IMG/VR virus record: IMGVR_UViG_3300048908_000307
Span: 9,112 to 73,111 of that record
Strand: one strand, 5' to 3'
Origin: a virus
Length of the DNA: 64,000 bases
The notes under the pieces are model-generated. The model saw nothing but the letters and a program-made list of their open reading frames with translations. It was not told where the DNA came from and made no database searches. Below are positions 26,369-34,806 of this stretch, piece after piece; position 1 is the stretch's first letter; each line of letters begins with the position of its first letter. A program made the position numbers and the translations under genes.

Positions 26369-26723
26369 CTGCGCTTCCTCCGCTCACGATCCCGGGGAAC
26401 ATGACCCGGAATGCCGTCAGCGAGACCTCACGGTTCTCGCCGCCGCCCTGCTGGGCGGGCTGGGTACTGCTAGTGCGGGTGGTTGTGCTGGTCGTTCGGT
26501 CTTGCTCCTCGCGTTCCGCTTCGACCCGGGCGGCAATCACGCCCTGATAGGCGTTCAGCCGGTGGGCGAGGGCGAAGTAGCGGGGCCCATCAACCTCCTG
26601 CTCACGGAGGTCGATGCCGTAGATGGCGAGGAAGTCGGCGTCGATGTCTGCTTCGTGATCGAGGACCCAGACGATCTGTTCCAGCCGTTCGGCGAGACCA
26701 GATGTCCACGTCAGTCGGCTTTT
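26358..26723 (-). CDS. Tail assembly chaperone -1 frame extension (gpGT-like)
   Basis: The -1 frame after the slippery site is open: SRLTWTSGLAERLEQIVWVLDHEADIDADF... to the stop at 26358. Confidence 0.8.
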   Translation of the reverse strand, partial: KSRLTWTSGLAERLEQIVWVLDHEADIDADFLAIYGIDLREQEVDGPRYFALAHRLNAYQGVIAARVEAEREEQDRTTSTTTRTSSTQPAQQGGGENREVSLTAFRVMFPGIVSGGSAGGG

Positions 26724-27112
26724 CCCCCCTTGACCTCGGCCTTACCGAAGGCGATCTTCTGCGCCATGTCGAGGATCTTCTGCATCTTCTTGTCGTCCAG
26801 CGTCGGGCACTGCTCCAGCGCCAAGTACGGCTCTGGGCCGAGAAGCCGCTCCAGCAGGCGGACAGCGGCGGCTTCCTCGCCGTACTCGCGGCCGATCCTC
26901 ACAAACTCCAGGGAGATGCCCTGCGGTACGACCTTGGGGATCGTGTAGACCTGCCCGTCGATTGAGAACAGACCAACACGCTCTTCGTCGAGGACTTCAC
27001 TGGACAGTTCAACGAGCTCGAACTCCTCGTCCACGACTGGTGCAGGCTTGGCCGCGACCCTCTTGCGGGCCGCGGCTCCCTGGCGGGTTCGGTTAGGGGT
27101 GGTGGGTGCCAT
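26711..27112 (-). CDS. Tail assembly chaperone (gpG-like)
   Basis: Between the major tail gene and the TMP; ends at the slippery site. Confidence 0.85.
   Translation of the reverse strand: MAPTTPNRTRQGAAARKRVAAKPAPVVDEEFELVELSSEVLDEERVGLFSIDGQVYTIPKVVPQGISLEFVRIGREYGEEAAAVRLLERLLGPEPYLALEQCPTLDDKKMQKILDMAQKIAFGKAEVKGGKAD
26720..26726 (-). promoter_or_regulatory. Programmed -1 frameshift slippery heptamer G GGA AAA
   Basis: AAG GGG GGA AAA GCC GAC TGA at the end of the chaperone ORF. Confidence 0.8.
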
Positions 27113-27147
27113 GGGTGGTGCTCCTCGATCGTGCAGGCGGGTTGGGG

Positions 27148-27711
27148 CTAGCTGGTCTGATCGACCACGTGGATCGGGCTGATCGACGCGGACACGTAGT
27201 GGCCGCTGAACTTCACGGCGTACATGGTCTTCTTCTCCTTGGTGTAGTCCAGGTCGATGGCGTCCGTGGACAGGGCCTTGCGGACGATGACGCGCCGGTT
27301 GAAGGTGCCGCCCGGCGCCCAGCCGTCGAACAGGAGCGCCTTGTAGGTCGGCTGGGTGGCCGAGCTCGCGAAGCTGGGCTCGAACGAGGCGTAGCCCGCA
27401 GCCGAGGCGCTGGTGCCGCCGTTGAGGGCCAGCGATAGGTTCGCGAGGGTCGGCTCGGCCATCGACGTCTCGACGGTGAAGTCCCGCTTCGTCAGGCGGC
27501 TGCCGACGCGGTCGACGATCTGGTCGACGTCGAGCTCGGTGTACGACTGGGCGATGGTCAACTTGACGCCGCCGTCAGTGCCGCCGACATCCGTCCACGA
27601 CGAGGCGGGCGGCGTGGTGTTGACGGCAGCGTCGGCCGGTTCGGTCGCGCCGAAGGCTCCGCTGTACAGGGTCGCGGGGCCCTGAACAAGATTGGTCGCA
27701 GTCACCGACAT
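27148..27711 (-). CDS. Major tail (tube) protein
   Basis: NLVQGPATLY...WTDVGGTDGGV..TI...ELDVDQ; canonical position. Confidence 0.88.
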   Translation of the reverse strand: MSVTATNLVQGPATLYSGAFGATEPADAAVNTTPPASSWTDVGGTDGGVKLTIAQSYTELDVDQIVDRVGSRLTKRDFTVETSMAEPTLANLSLALNGGTSASAAGYASFEPSFASSATQPTYKALLFDGWAPGGTFNRRVIVRKALSTDAIDLDYTKEKKTMYAVKFSGHYVSASISPIHVVDQTS

Positions 27712-27714
27712 GGG

Positions 27715-27888
27715 TCAGCTCTCCTTGGTGGTGGCCGCCGGGGTGGCGGACTTCTTCGGCGCCGGCGCGGGCGCGGCCGGTTCGTTGTCCTCGACGAGGA
27801 GCCCGTCGCGCTGGAGGTCGAGGTACTCGGCTTCGCCGACCTCGATAACCTGGTCGGGCCGCATGGTGGTGCGAATCTTGTGGGTCAC
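27715..27888 (-). CDS. Small tail-region protein
   Basis: MTHKIRTTMRPDQVIEVGEAEYLDLQRDGLLVE; GTG start overlaps the upstream stop. Confidence 0.65.
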   Translation of the reverse strand: MTHKIRTTMRPDQVIEVGEAEYLDLQRDGLLVEDNEPAAPAPAPKKSATPAATTKES

Positions 27889-28109
27889 CGGAACTGCTCC
27901 TTGGTCAATGGCCACGTCACGGAGGCGAAGTTGGGGTGGTAGCGGATCTCGATGGTCTGCTCGGGCGGGATGTCGCGGGGGCAGTCGATGACGCGGACGT
28001 CTCCGGTGAACAGGAACTCCATCTCCGCGGCGTTGTCGTGTACGAGGACGCGTCCGTTCCAGGTGAGGAGGTCCCGGCTGAGGGCGCCTTGGAGGGCGTA
28101 GCGGCTCAT
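27885..28109 (-). CDS. Small tail-region protein
   Basis: MSRYALQG...; overlapping start and stop codons on both sides. Confidence 0.65.
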   Translation of the reverse strand: MSRYALQGALSRDLLTWNGRVLVHDNAAEMEFLFTGDVRVIDCPRDIPPEQTIEIRYHPNFASVTWPLTKEQFR

Positions 28110-28555
28110 GACGGCACCTCCACCCAGGCGATGGCCAGGCCGGGAATGCTGTACCGGGCATACGAGGACGGGTCGTCGGGGATGCGGCGTGGCTCGCCCG
28201 TCGTGTACGCGGACTTGACCTGTGCGGCCGGATATCCGGCGGGCAGGGTGACGGTCTGCGGAATGCCGGGGTGGTCGTAGCAGGCGGCCTGGATCGCCTC
28301 GGCCAGCGCGGCGGCAATGCTCCACGGGGGCTTCTGCGAGCTCCCGCTGTTGGCCCAGCAGTCCACGCCGATGACCGGCTCCCGCAACGGCACGTACAGA
28401 TTGGGGCTGCCGCCGGCGACTACGAGCGTGCAGAACCCGGACGCCGCCCAGCTGCTGTTGTCCTTCGGCAGGGTGGTGGCGACGCGGTCGCCGACAACCG
28501 TCTTCAGCCAGGCTTCAGCCACGAGTTCGGGGGTGGCGCGCAGCAGGAGGCTCAT
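28106..28555 (-). CDS. Tail terminator-like protein
   Basis: VAEAWLK...VATTLP...PVIGVDCWA; position before the tube gene. Confidence 0.7.
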   Translation of the reverse strand: MSLLLRATPELVAEAWLKTVVGDRVATTLPKDNSSWAASGFCTLVVAGGSPNLYVPLREPVIGVDCWANSGSSQKPPWSIAAALAEAIQAACYDHPGIPQTVTLPAGYPAAQVKSAYTTGEPRRIPDDPSSYARYSIPGLAIAWVEVPS

Positions 28556-28923
28556 GCCGTCCTCCGCTGGAACAGTGCCGGACGGAGGTATGGAAATGGC
28601 GGGGTGCCAGGGTGGTTGACCTTGGCGACGGGGTGGTCGGCGCCGGGCCAGTACAACGCCTTCTTGTTGGTCGGCCTGATGACGTGGGCGCTGGTGCCCA
28701 TCTCCACGTCCGTGGCGTAGTTGCAGTCCAGGGAGCCGACTCGGAGCACTTTGTCGTGGACCTCGGCCCGCAGCGAGTCGCGAAGGCGGCCGGTGCGCTT
28801 GTGCACGAGGTACTGGGCGTCGCCGAGGATGGCGCGGCCAATGGTCTCGCCGAGCCACCGGTTGATGGCGGCGTCGACGTGCGTGCGTGCGGACGGGTCG
28901 ATCCGCATGCTGGATCGTGCCAT
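28552..28923 (-). CDS. HK97 gp10-like neck/tail completion protein
   Basis: RTGRLRDS...YATDVEMGT...HPGT...PYLRPAL. Confidence 0.8.
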   Translation of the reverse strand: MARSSMRIDPSARTHVDAAINRWLGETIGRAILGDAQYLVHKRTGRLRDSLRAEVHDKVLRVGSLDCNYATDVEMGTSAHVIRPTNKKALYWPGADHPVAKVNHPGTPPFPYLRPALFQRRTA

Positions 28924-28997
28924 GGCCGCCCTCCTCTCCGGTGGGTGGTCGTCGTACCGGCCCGCCCGGTCTCCCCGGGCATTGCGGGCCTGTGCTG

Positions 28998-29327
28998 TTA
29001 GGTGGTGCGCCGCAGGTCGAGCCGCAGATCGGCGGCCACGGCTGCGGAGTTCATGGAGGACACGGCTTCGACGATGTAGATCGCGCTGGTGCGTTCGTCG
29101 CGGATGCGGTCCTGGTCGGTGACGTCGGTGCCTGCGGTGACGCGGCCGACGGCGTAGCGGACGATCCTGGGGGTGGGGTCGTCGCGGGTGGTGACGCGGC
29201 GGTTCTGCTCGACGAGGGAGGCGGGGATGCCGGTGTGGACGGGGGTGTCGGTGTCGACCTCGTCGCCCCACGCGTTCGTGGCTGTGCCACGGAGCACGGC
29301 GATGGTGGTGGTGGCGGTGGCGATCAT
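28998..29327 (-). CDS. Head-to-tail stopper-like protein
   Basis: VLRGTATNAWGD...DRIRDE...YIVEAV; position. Confidence 0.7.
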   Translation of the reverse strand: MIATATTTIAVLRGTATNAWGDEVDTDTPVHTGIPASLVEQNRRVTTRDDPTPRIVRYAVGRVTAGTDVTDQDRIRDERTSAIYIVEAVSSMNSAAVAADLRLDLRRTT

Positions 29328-29776
29328 GCGGGGCCACTCCCCTGCCAGCGCGGGTCGTTGTCGTCCATGACCGCGCTGATGATGTTCATGCGGCGGGGCG
29401 GGAACGCAGAACCGTAGGCGGGCCGGACACGCAGCGGGCGGATACGCCGCCACGACACCCGGTCGATGCAGCGCTTCGCCAGCGGGGCGAGAACCCCGGC
29501 GTTGGCGTGCGCCCACGTCGCCGACACCTGGTCCTGGCTGACGTTGGTGGTGTCCATATTGGTCGCCCAGTCCGGATGCTGGGTGATCCACGCAGCCTGG
29601 TAGGCGACCGCCATCTTCAGCAGCCGCAGGTTCTTCTGCGAGATCAGCCCCACAGTGGAGGCGACCTCGGTCGTGTCGACGAACAGCTCGACGACGGCCT
29701 GCGCCTGGTCGACCTGCGCGTCAGTCACCGTGATGCCCGTGAGGGTGGCGACGTCGCTGCTGGTAGCCCACGTCAC
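29324..29776 (-). CDS. Head-to-tail adaptor-like protein
   Basis: MTWATSSDVATLTG...LKMAVAYQAAW...LAPLA; position after the capsid genes. Confidence 0.75.
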   Translation of the reverse strand: MTWATSSDVATLTGITVTDAQVDQAQAVVELFVDTTEVASTVGLISQKNLRLLKMAVAYQAAWITQHPDWATNMDTTNVSQDQVSATWAHANAGVLAPLAKRCIDRVSWRRIRPLRVRPAYGSAFPPRRMNIISAVMDDNDPRWQGSGPA

Positions 29777-30213
29777 GTCGGGTCACCGCCTCCGGTGGCA
29801 ACCTCGTACAGTTCGCGGCCGTCGACGGTTCCGGTGCGGTAGGCGTCGCCGCGCGGCACGAGCCCGGCTTCGACGGCGGCCTGGAGGGTGGCCTGCCGGT
29901 AGGCGAGGTGCGATTCCTCATCGGGCCCGCCGGCTTCGGCCTCGAAGTCGAGGCGAAACACGCCTGGCGGAACCGGCGCGGCAGGCGGGGCGCTTGCGGG
30001 CTGGACGGGCTCGGGGTCTGCGGTCTCGTCCGCGGCGTCCGTCGAGTCGGCGGGGGGTGCGTCGTCGGCGAAGTCGTCGTCTGCGGACACAGTCTCGCCG
30101 GCGTCCGCGTCGGTGAGGCGCTGTACGAGCTCGGCCTTGACGCGGCCGGAGGGCAGGCTTCGGCGACGGCACTCCTCTTGGAGTTCCCTCGTCGACATCT
30201 GCTCGTAGTCCAC
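29773..30213 (-). CDS. SAP/HeH-motif protein
   Basis: YEQMSTRELQEECRRRSLPSGRVKAELVQRL. Confidence 0.75.
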   Translation of the reverse strand: MDYEQMSTRELQEECRRRSLPSGRVKAELVQRLTDADAGETVSADDDFADDAPPADSTDAADETADPEPVQPASAPPAAPVPPGVFRLDFEAEAGGPDEESHLAYRQATLQAAVEAGLVPRGDAYRTGTVDGRELYEVATGGGDPT

Positions 30214-30294
30214 AACGCCCTCATTTCGTGGTTCGGGTTCACCGGTGCCGCCGGGGTGGCACCCACCAGTCCCCGGCGGCGGTCCGTGGGCCGG

Positions 30295-31356
30295 TCAGAT
30301 CCGCTCGAGAATGGCCAGCGCCTTCTCGTGGCCGACGCCGAATCCGCGGCGCACGCGGAACTTGACCGCGGTGTCGTCGGTGGAGTCCTGCGCGCGGGCC
30401 TGGTCGACGAGGCTCTCGGGGTTGGATCGGTCGCCGCGCTTGAGGAACTGCCGGTTGCCGAAGATCAGCAGGTCGTTGCCGGTGGGGGCGCCGGTCATGG
30501 TCGCGGCGACCTTGAGGCCACGGCTCCAGGTGACGGGCACGTTGAACAGGGTGTCCGGGGTTCCGGCGGTGCCCTGGATGAAGATGGGGCGGCCCTGGGC
30601 GTCGGTGGCGAGGCGGAGGGCATCGCGCCAGCCGGGGGCAGCGATGACGATGGAGTCCGCGAGGCTCCAGTACTTGCTGGTTTCGACCTTCTTCAGGGTG
30701 CCGGACAGCTTCTCGTACAGCGACGTGCCGTCAGGGGTCGTCTTGATGGCGGTGTTGGTGTTCACCCAGGACGCGTAGTTGTCGTCGGCGTTGTAGCCGG
30801 TTGCCGCGTTGGTGGTGCGCAGCGCCTTGTAAACGCTGGTGAAGGGGACCGTGGTGCCGTTCTCGGCGCCGGACACGGCGAGGCAGGCGTTGTCGAACGA
30901 GTCCGCGTAGGAGACGGCCCAGTCCATGCCCTTGGTCTTGATCGTGTCGATGATGCTGTCGGCGTCGGCGAGGTCGTCCTCGTCCACCACGAACTGCGCG
31001 AGGAACCTGCGCGCGGTGAGCGTGATGTAGTCGTTCGTCGACGCGTCCGGGGTGTACGTGGTGCCCGCGCTGACGGTGAGACCGCCACTGCGGAGGACGC
31101 GCTTCGTGGCGGTGCGCATCGGGTGGGGGCGTCCGTGCCGCTCGACCGCCGAGTCCATGAGGACGCGGGTGATGACGTCGGAGTCCCACTCGATGGGGAT
31201 CCACGAGTCGATGATGTCGGTGCTCGCAGCGCCGGCGATCTGGTAGACGGGGTACAGCTTTCCGGGCTGCTCGCCGCTGCCGAGGCGGGCCTTGCGGAAG
31301 CCGATGATGGAGCCGGGCTCGGGGATGGACGTGATGGGCACGCGCGTCGGGCGCAT
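30295..31356 (-). CDS. Major capsid protein (HK97 fold)
   Basis: WIPIEWDSDVI, DAQGRPIF, LFNVPVTWS, LIFGNRQ; ATG at 31356 has a GAGG RBS. Confidence 0.9.
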   Translation of the reverse strand: MRPTRVPITSIPEPGSIIGFRKARLGSGEQPGKLYPVYQIAGAASTDIIDSWIPIEWDSDVITRVLMDSAVERHGRPHPMRTATKRVLRSGGLTVSAGTTYTPDASTNDYITLTARRFLAQFVVDEDDLADADSIIDTIKTKGMDWAVSYADSFDNACLAVSGAENGTTVPFTSVYKALRTTNAATGYNADDNYASWVNTNTAIKTTPDGTSLYEKLSGTLKKVETSKYWSLADSIVIAAPGWRDALRLATDAQGRPIFIQGTAGTPDTLFNVPVTWSRGLKVAATMTGAPTGNDLLIFGNRQFLKRGDRSNPESLVDQARAQDSTDDTAVKFRVRRGFGVGHEKALAILERI

Positions 31357-31492
31357 AGCAACCTCAGGAAGGGCAAGGGGGCTCACGGCCCGCACGGTTG
31401 GGTGGGTGCCCTACCTGGGCGGACCTGTGAGCGTCCCGCTCGTCCCTGCTACGGGCCCCGGAGGGTCCGGTGGTGCGTGTGCCCTGCCTGGG

Positions 31493-32257
31493 CTAGCTGC
31501 GAAGCGCGCGATTCGCGAGTTGGTCGACCCAGGACTTGGGTTCGGCCTTCGGCGCGGGCTTGTCGGCTGCGTCCACCTTAGCTGCCGGTACACCATTCTG
31601 GCCAGAACCACCAGCCCCACCGGACGTTCCGGCAGAGTTGCGGGTGCGCTTGAACAACTCGGGGAAGTCCGCCTTCACCTGGTCGATCTGCTCGGCGAGG
31701 CCGGTGATCTCCCCGTCGTCGTCGATGTCGACCTCGTCGAGGTCGACGAGCTTCATCAGCGAGCCGAGGCGGGTGCCGTTCCATCCGGCCTCCGAGAGTG
31801 CCGCGTTGACGCCGGTGACGAGGGACTTTGTCTTCCGCATCCCCCGCAGCTCGGCCTCGGCGGCGGCCTTCTCGACCTGGCGGCGGATCTCTGCCTGTGA
31901 CGGCCCGCGCGGCTCGTCCTTCGCCACGGCCGGCTCGTCGGGCTCCGGTTCGGGGTCCGGGTTGAGCTTGTTGCCGGTCTTGGGGTCGATGCCGTGCTGC
32001 CGCAGGTACTTGCGGCGGGCGGCGGCTTCGGCGTCGGCCTTCTTCTTCGCTTCGACGAGCCGCTCGTACTCGTCGCGGCTGGGCGGCGTCCAGTCGTCCT
32101 CCGGCTCGTCGGCCGGTTCGTCGTCGGGCTCCGGCTCAGCCGCCAGAGGCTCCCCGCCGTCGGCGTAGAAGACGGGCGAGAACGGGCCGCTGCCGTACCA
32201 GGCGGGGCGTGCCCAGCCGGTGTGGATGCGGGAGCGGGCGAGGGTCTTGGGTGCCAT
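31493..32257 (-). CDS. Capsid scaffolding protein
   Basis: Acidic/Pro N-terminus, coiled coil, DFPELF motif; directly upstream of the capsid gene; GGAGG RBS. Confidence 0.85.
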   Translation of the reverse strand: MAPKTLARSRIHTGWARPAWYGSGPFSPVFYADGGEPLAAEPEPDDEPADEPEDDWTPPSRDEYERLVEAKKKADAEAAARRKYLRQHGIDPKTGNKLNPDPEPEPDEPAVAKDEPRGPSQAEIRRQVEKAAAEAELRGMRKTKSLVTGVNAALSEAGWNGTRLGSLMKLVDLDEVDIDDDGEITGLAEQIDQVKADFPELFKRTRNSAGTSGGAGGSGQNGVPAAKVDAADKPAPKAEPKSWVDQLANRALRS

Positions 32258-32277
32258 CTGGTCCTCCATGGTTGTGC

Positions 32278-33285
32278 TCAGAAATGGCCTGCGGCGACAG
32301 CCGATTGGGCGTGCCGTCGAAGCCGGTCAGGGATGCTGCTGCGCCGCGCCAGCAGGTAGCGGGCTGCCCGGATGCGGGCAGCGTTCGATTCGGACGGGCG
32401 TCTGCGGCCCATCGCGACGCTGCGCAGCGCCTGCGCCCGCAGCAGATCCGGCAGGGCGGTGCGGCCGTGCGTCCACTCGTCCAGCCACGGGACCAGTCGG
32501 CAGCGGCAGTTCGGGTGCAGCGGCGGCCCTTCGATCGCGGCCCGCCGCGTTGTGCGTGATGCCGGGTCCATGGAAAGTCCGCCAGGAAACTGGCCGTCGC
32601 GGTCGGTCAGCTGCCCGGAGTAGGCGAGGCAGCGGACGCACGCATCCGGTTCGCTCACCCACAGCCCGCGCGCCCCGAGTACCGCGGTGGCCTGCGCGGC
32701 ACCGTCGTTGACGGCCCGGTGCACGGACCAGGCCACCGCCGAGCGCACTATCGACACCGCCCTGCGGGCCGCGCCCAGCGCCGTCACCACACCCCGCCAG
32801 CCGGTCACAGACACCATGTGCGGGGACAGCAGACGGCCCGCGAGGCGCAGCTGCTCCCCCACGGTCCCGGCCAGCGCGCGGGCGGCATCCAGGGCGTCAC
32901 GGGACACGTCGACACCCGGTACGCCTTGGCGGCGGCCGGATGCGCGGTGTGCGAAGGCGGTGGCGTGTCGGGCACCCAGCCGTGCCGCATCGGGCAGCGC
33001 CCGCTCAATCACCCTGCCGGCCCGGCGGCCGAGGCCGCCAGTCGCCCGGTCCGTGTCGGCCCGCACCTGCGCCAGATAGGCGGCCAGCTCTACGCCCGCC
33101 CCGGCTGCGGTGAGCGATCCGAACGTGGCGATCCATGCGGCGAGGGCGGCGGTCAGGGCTGCGGCGAGGGCGGCGTCGGTTCCTGCGTCGGCTTCGGTGG
33201 CGGTGGCGTCCTCGAGCCGGGCCGCCTCGTCTGCCTGCTGCTGTTGGGTGAGGTCGGCGAGCTGCTGGGCGGTGGCGGGGCTCAA
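32278..33285 (-). CDS. Minor head protein (Mu gpF / SPP1 gp7-like)
   Basis: DACVRC...PPLHPNCRCRL; directly after the portal. Confidence 0.8.
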   Translation of the reverse strand: MSPATAQQLADLTQQQQADEAARLEDATATEADAGTDAALAAALTAALAAWIATFGSLTAAGAGVELAAYLAQVRADTDRATGGLGRRAGRVIERALPDAARLGARHATAFAHRASGRRQGVPGVDVSRDALDAARALAGTVGEQLRLAGRLLSPHMVSVTGWRGVVTALGAARRAVSIVRSAVAWSVHRAVNDGAAQATAVLGARGLWVSEPDACVRCLAYSGQLTDRDGQFPGGLSMDPASRTTRRAAIEGPPLHPNCRCRLVPWLDEWTHGRTALPDLLRAQALRSVAMGRRRPSESNAARIRAARYLLARRSSIPDRLRRHAQSAVAAGHF

Positions 33286-34799
33286 TCGGTCACCTCCGGT
33301 ACGTTCATCTGGGTGGCCGCGCCGACGACGACGTCGAGGAGTACGGCGACCTGCTCCTGGGAGATGGAGCCGAGCTGTACGGCGGTGCCGAGGGATTGCA
33401 CGGCGGTGCCGAGGGAGCCGAGGAGCTCGATGCGGCGCTGGAGTTCACCGTCGTCGTCGAGGTCGGCGAGCCACGCGTCGACCTGGGCGGGGTCGTATCC
33501 GGCTTCGACGAGGGCTTGTTCGCGCGGCACACCGGCTGTGATCTTTGCGGCGACGGTGGCCCAGCCCTCGGCGTCGGACACGGTTTCGGCGGCAGCCCAC
33601 TGGATGTCGACGGTGACGTCCTCGTAGCCGAGGAGACGGAGCGCGAACTGCCATGCCGCCTTCCATGTGCCGCCGAACGACCGCTGCCTGGCCTGCACCT
33701 TTTCTGTGAGCGGGCCGTTGGCCTCACGCCTCGACTTGCCTGAGATCTGCTCACCGGTGGCGTCGAAAATGTGCATGGGCGTGTCCGTGACCTGCGCCAT
33801 CGCTTTGACGTACCGGTCGATGGGCTTGAGGTACACGTCCGGGTCGGCGGCCTGGAACTGGCCGACGCCCTTCAGTCCTTGCAGGAGCCAGACTTCGCCG
33901 GGGTCGTTGCGGAGCTGGCTGGCGTTGAGGGGGGATTCGGGGTCGCCGCCCGCATCTTCCGGGAACTCGGGGTCCCAGTCGGACTGGGTTCCGGCCTGGT
34001 CGACGGCCGGGTCGATCAGGCCGTAGCGCTGCGGCAGGGACTGGAAGTCGACAGTCGCCGCGTGCGACATGACCAGCTTGTTGATCAACGCCTGTGGCCC
34101 GTAAGCGGCATAGTGCTCAGGACGGCCGTAGGGGCGGGACGTCCGGAAATGAAAGAAGGGCACCTCGCCCCACGGGTTCGGCAGCACGGGCTGCTGCTCG
34201 TCTCCGCTGTACGGCAGCCACTTGTTCTGCCTGCCCGACCACTTGCCCTGCCAGTACCAGCGTTCGATGCGGTCCGGGTAGTACAGGTCCGCGCGGATCG
34301 TCTGGTCCTTCGCCGTGCCGGTCGTCCACGACTTGATCGCGAACGCCTTCCGTAGCGGGTTCTCCGCGTCGTAGATGATCCGCACGACGGACGCCGAGTT
34401 GACGAACATGTCGACACTGCTGGGTTCGCCGTCCTCGCCGACGTCGGGCCACACCATCAGATAGGCGTCGCCCTGCGAGCACGCCCGCGCGTGGAGACCG
34501 GGCCCTTCTTCCTCGAGCTCGTTGCGCTCGATCAGGTCCGTGATCTCGGCGTCGGTGTCCGGGTTCCCTGTGGTGATCGACGAAATGTGCAGGCGGTGCA
34601 CCACCGCATCCACCGGGATCCGGGCGAAGTTGACATCGTCCAGCTCGCCCAGGTTGGACTTGGCGAGCATGCGGGCAACCTTGTCCGACGCGAAGATCTC
34701 CTCCGCTTCGCCCTCGTAGTAGGCGTTGGCCCGCGCATACCCGGGCCGCGCCTCACACAGCTCGTGATAGGCGGCGACCAGATCGGGAGTACCAGCCAT
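33282..34799 (-). CDS. Portal protein (SPP1 gp6-like)
   Basis: 505 aa; NFARIPVD, GDAYLMVW, NPWGEVPFFHF, ISGKSRR; between TerL and the head genes. Confidence 0.9.
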   Translation of the reverse strand: MAGTPDLVAAYHELCEARPGYARANAYYEGEAEEIFASDKVARMLAKSNLGELDDVNFARIPVDAVVHRLHISSITTGNPDTDAEITDLIERNELEEEGPGLHARACSQGDAYLMVWPDVGEDGEPSSVDMFVNSASVVRIIYDAENPLRKAFAIKSWTTGTAKDQTIRADLYYPDRIERWYWQGKWSGRQNKWLPYSGDEQQPVLPNPWGEVPFFHFRTSRPYGRPEHYAAYGPQALINKLVMSHAATVDFQSLPQRYGLIDPAVDQAGTQSDWDPEFPEDAGGDPESPLNASQLRNDPGEVWLLQGLKGVGQFQAADPDVYLKPIDRYVKAMAQVTDTPMHIFDATGEQISGKSRREANGPLTEKVQARQRSFGGTWKAAWQFALRLLGYEDVTVDIQWAAAETVSDAEGWATVAAKITAGVPREQALVEAGYDPAQVDAWLADLDDDGELQRRIELLGSLGTAVQSLGTAVQLGSISQEQVAVLLDVVVGAATQMNVPEVTD

Positions 34800-34806
34800 C
34801 AGAAGC

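Noticed and set aside
30295-31395. Capsid start at 31395
   Set aside because: ATG at 31356 has the RBS; the longer start lies in the structured spacer.
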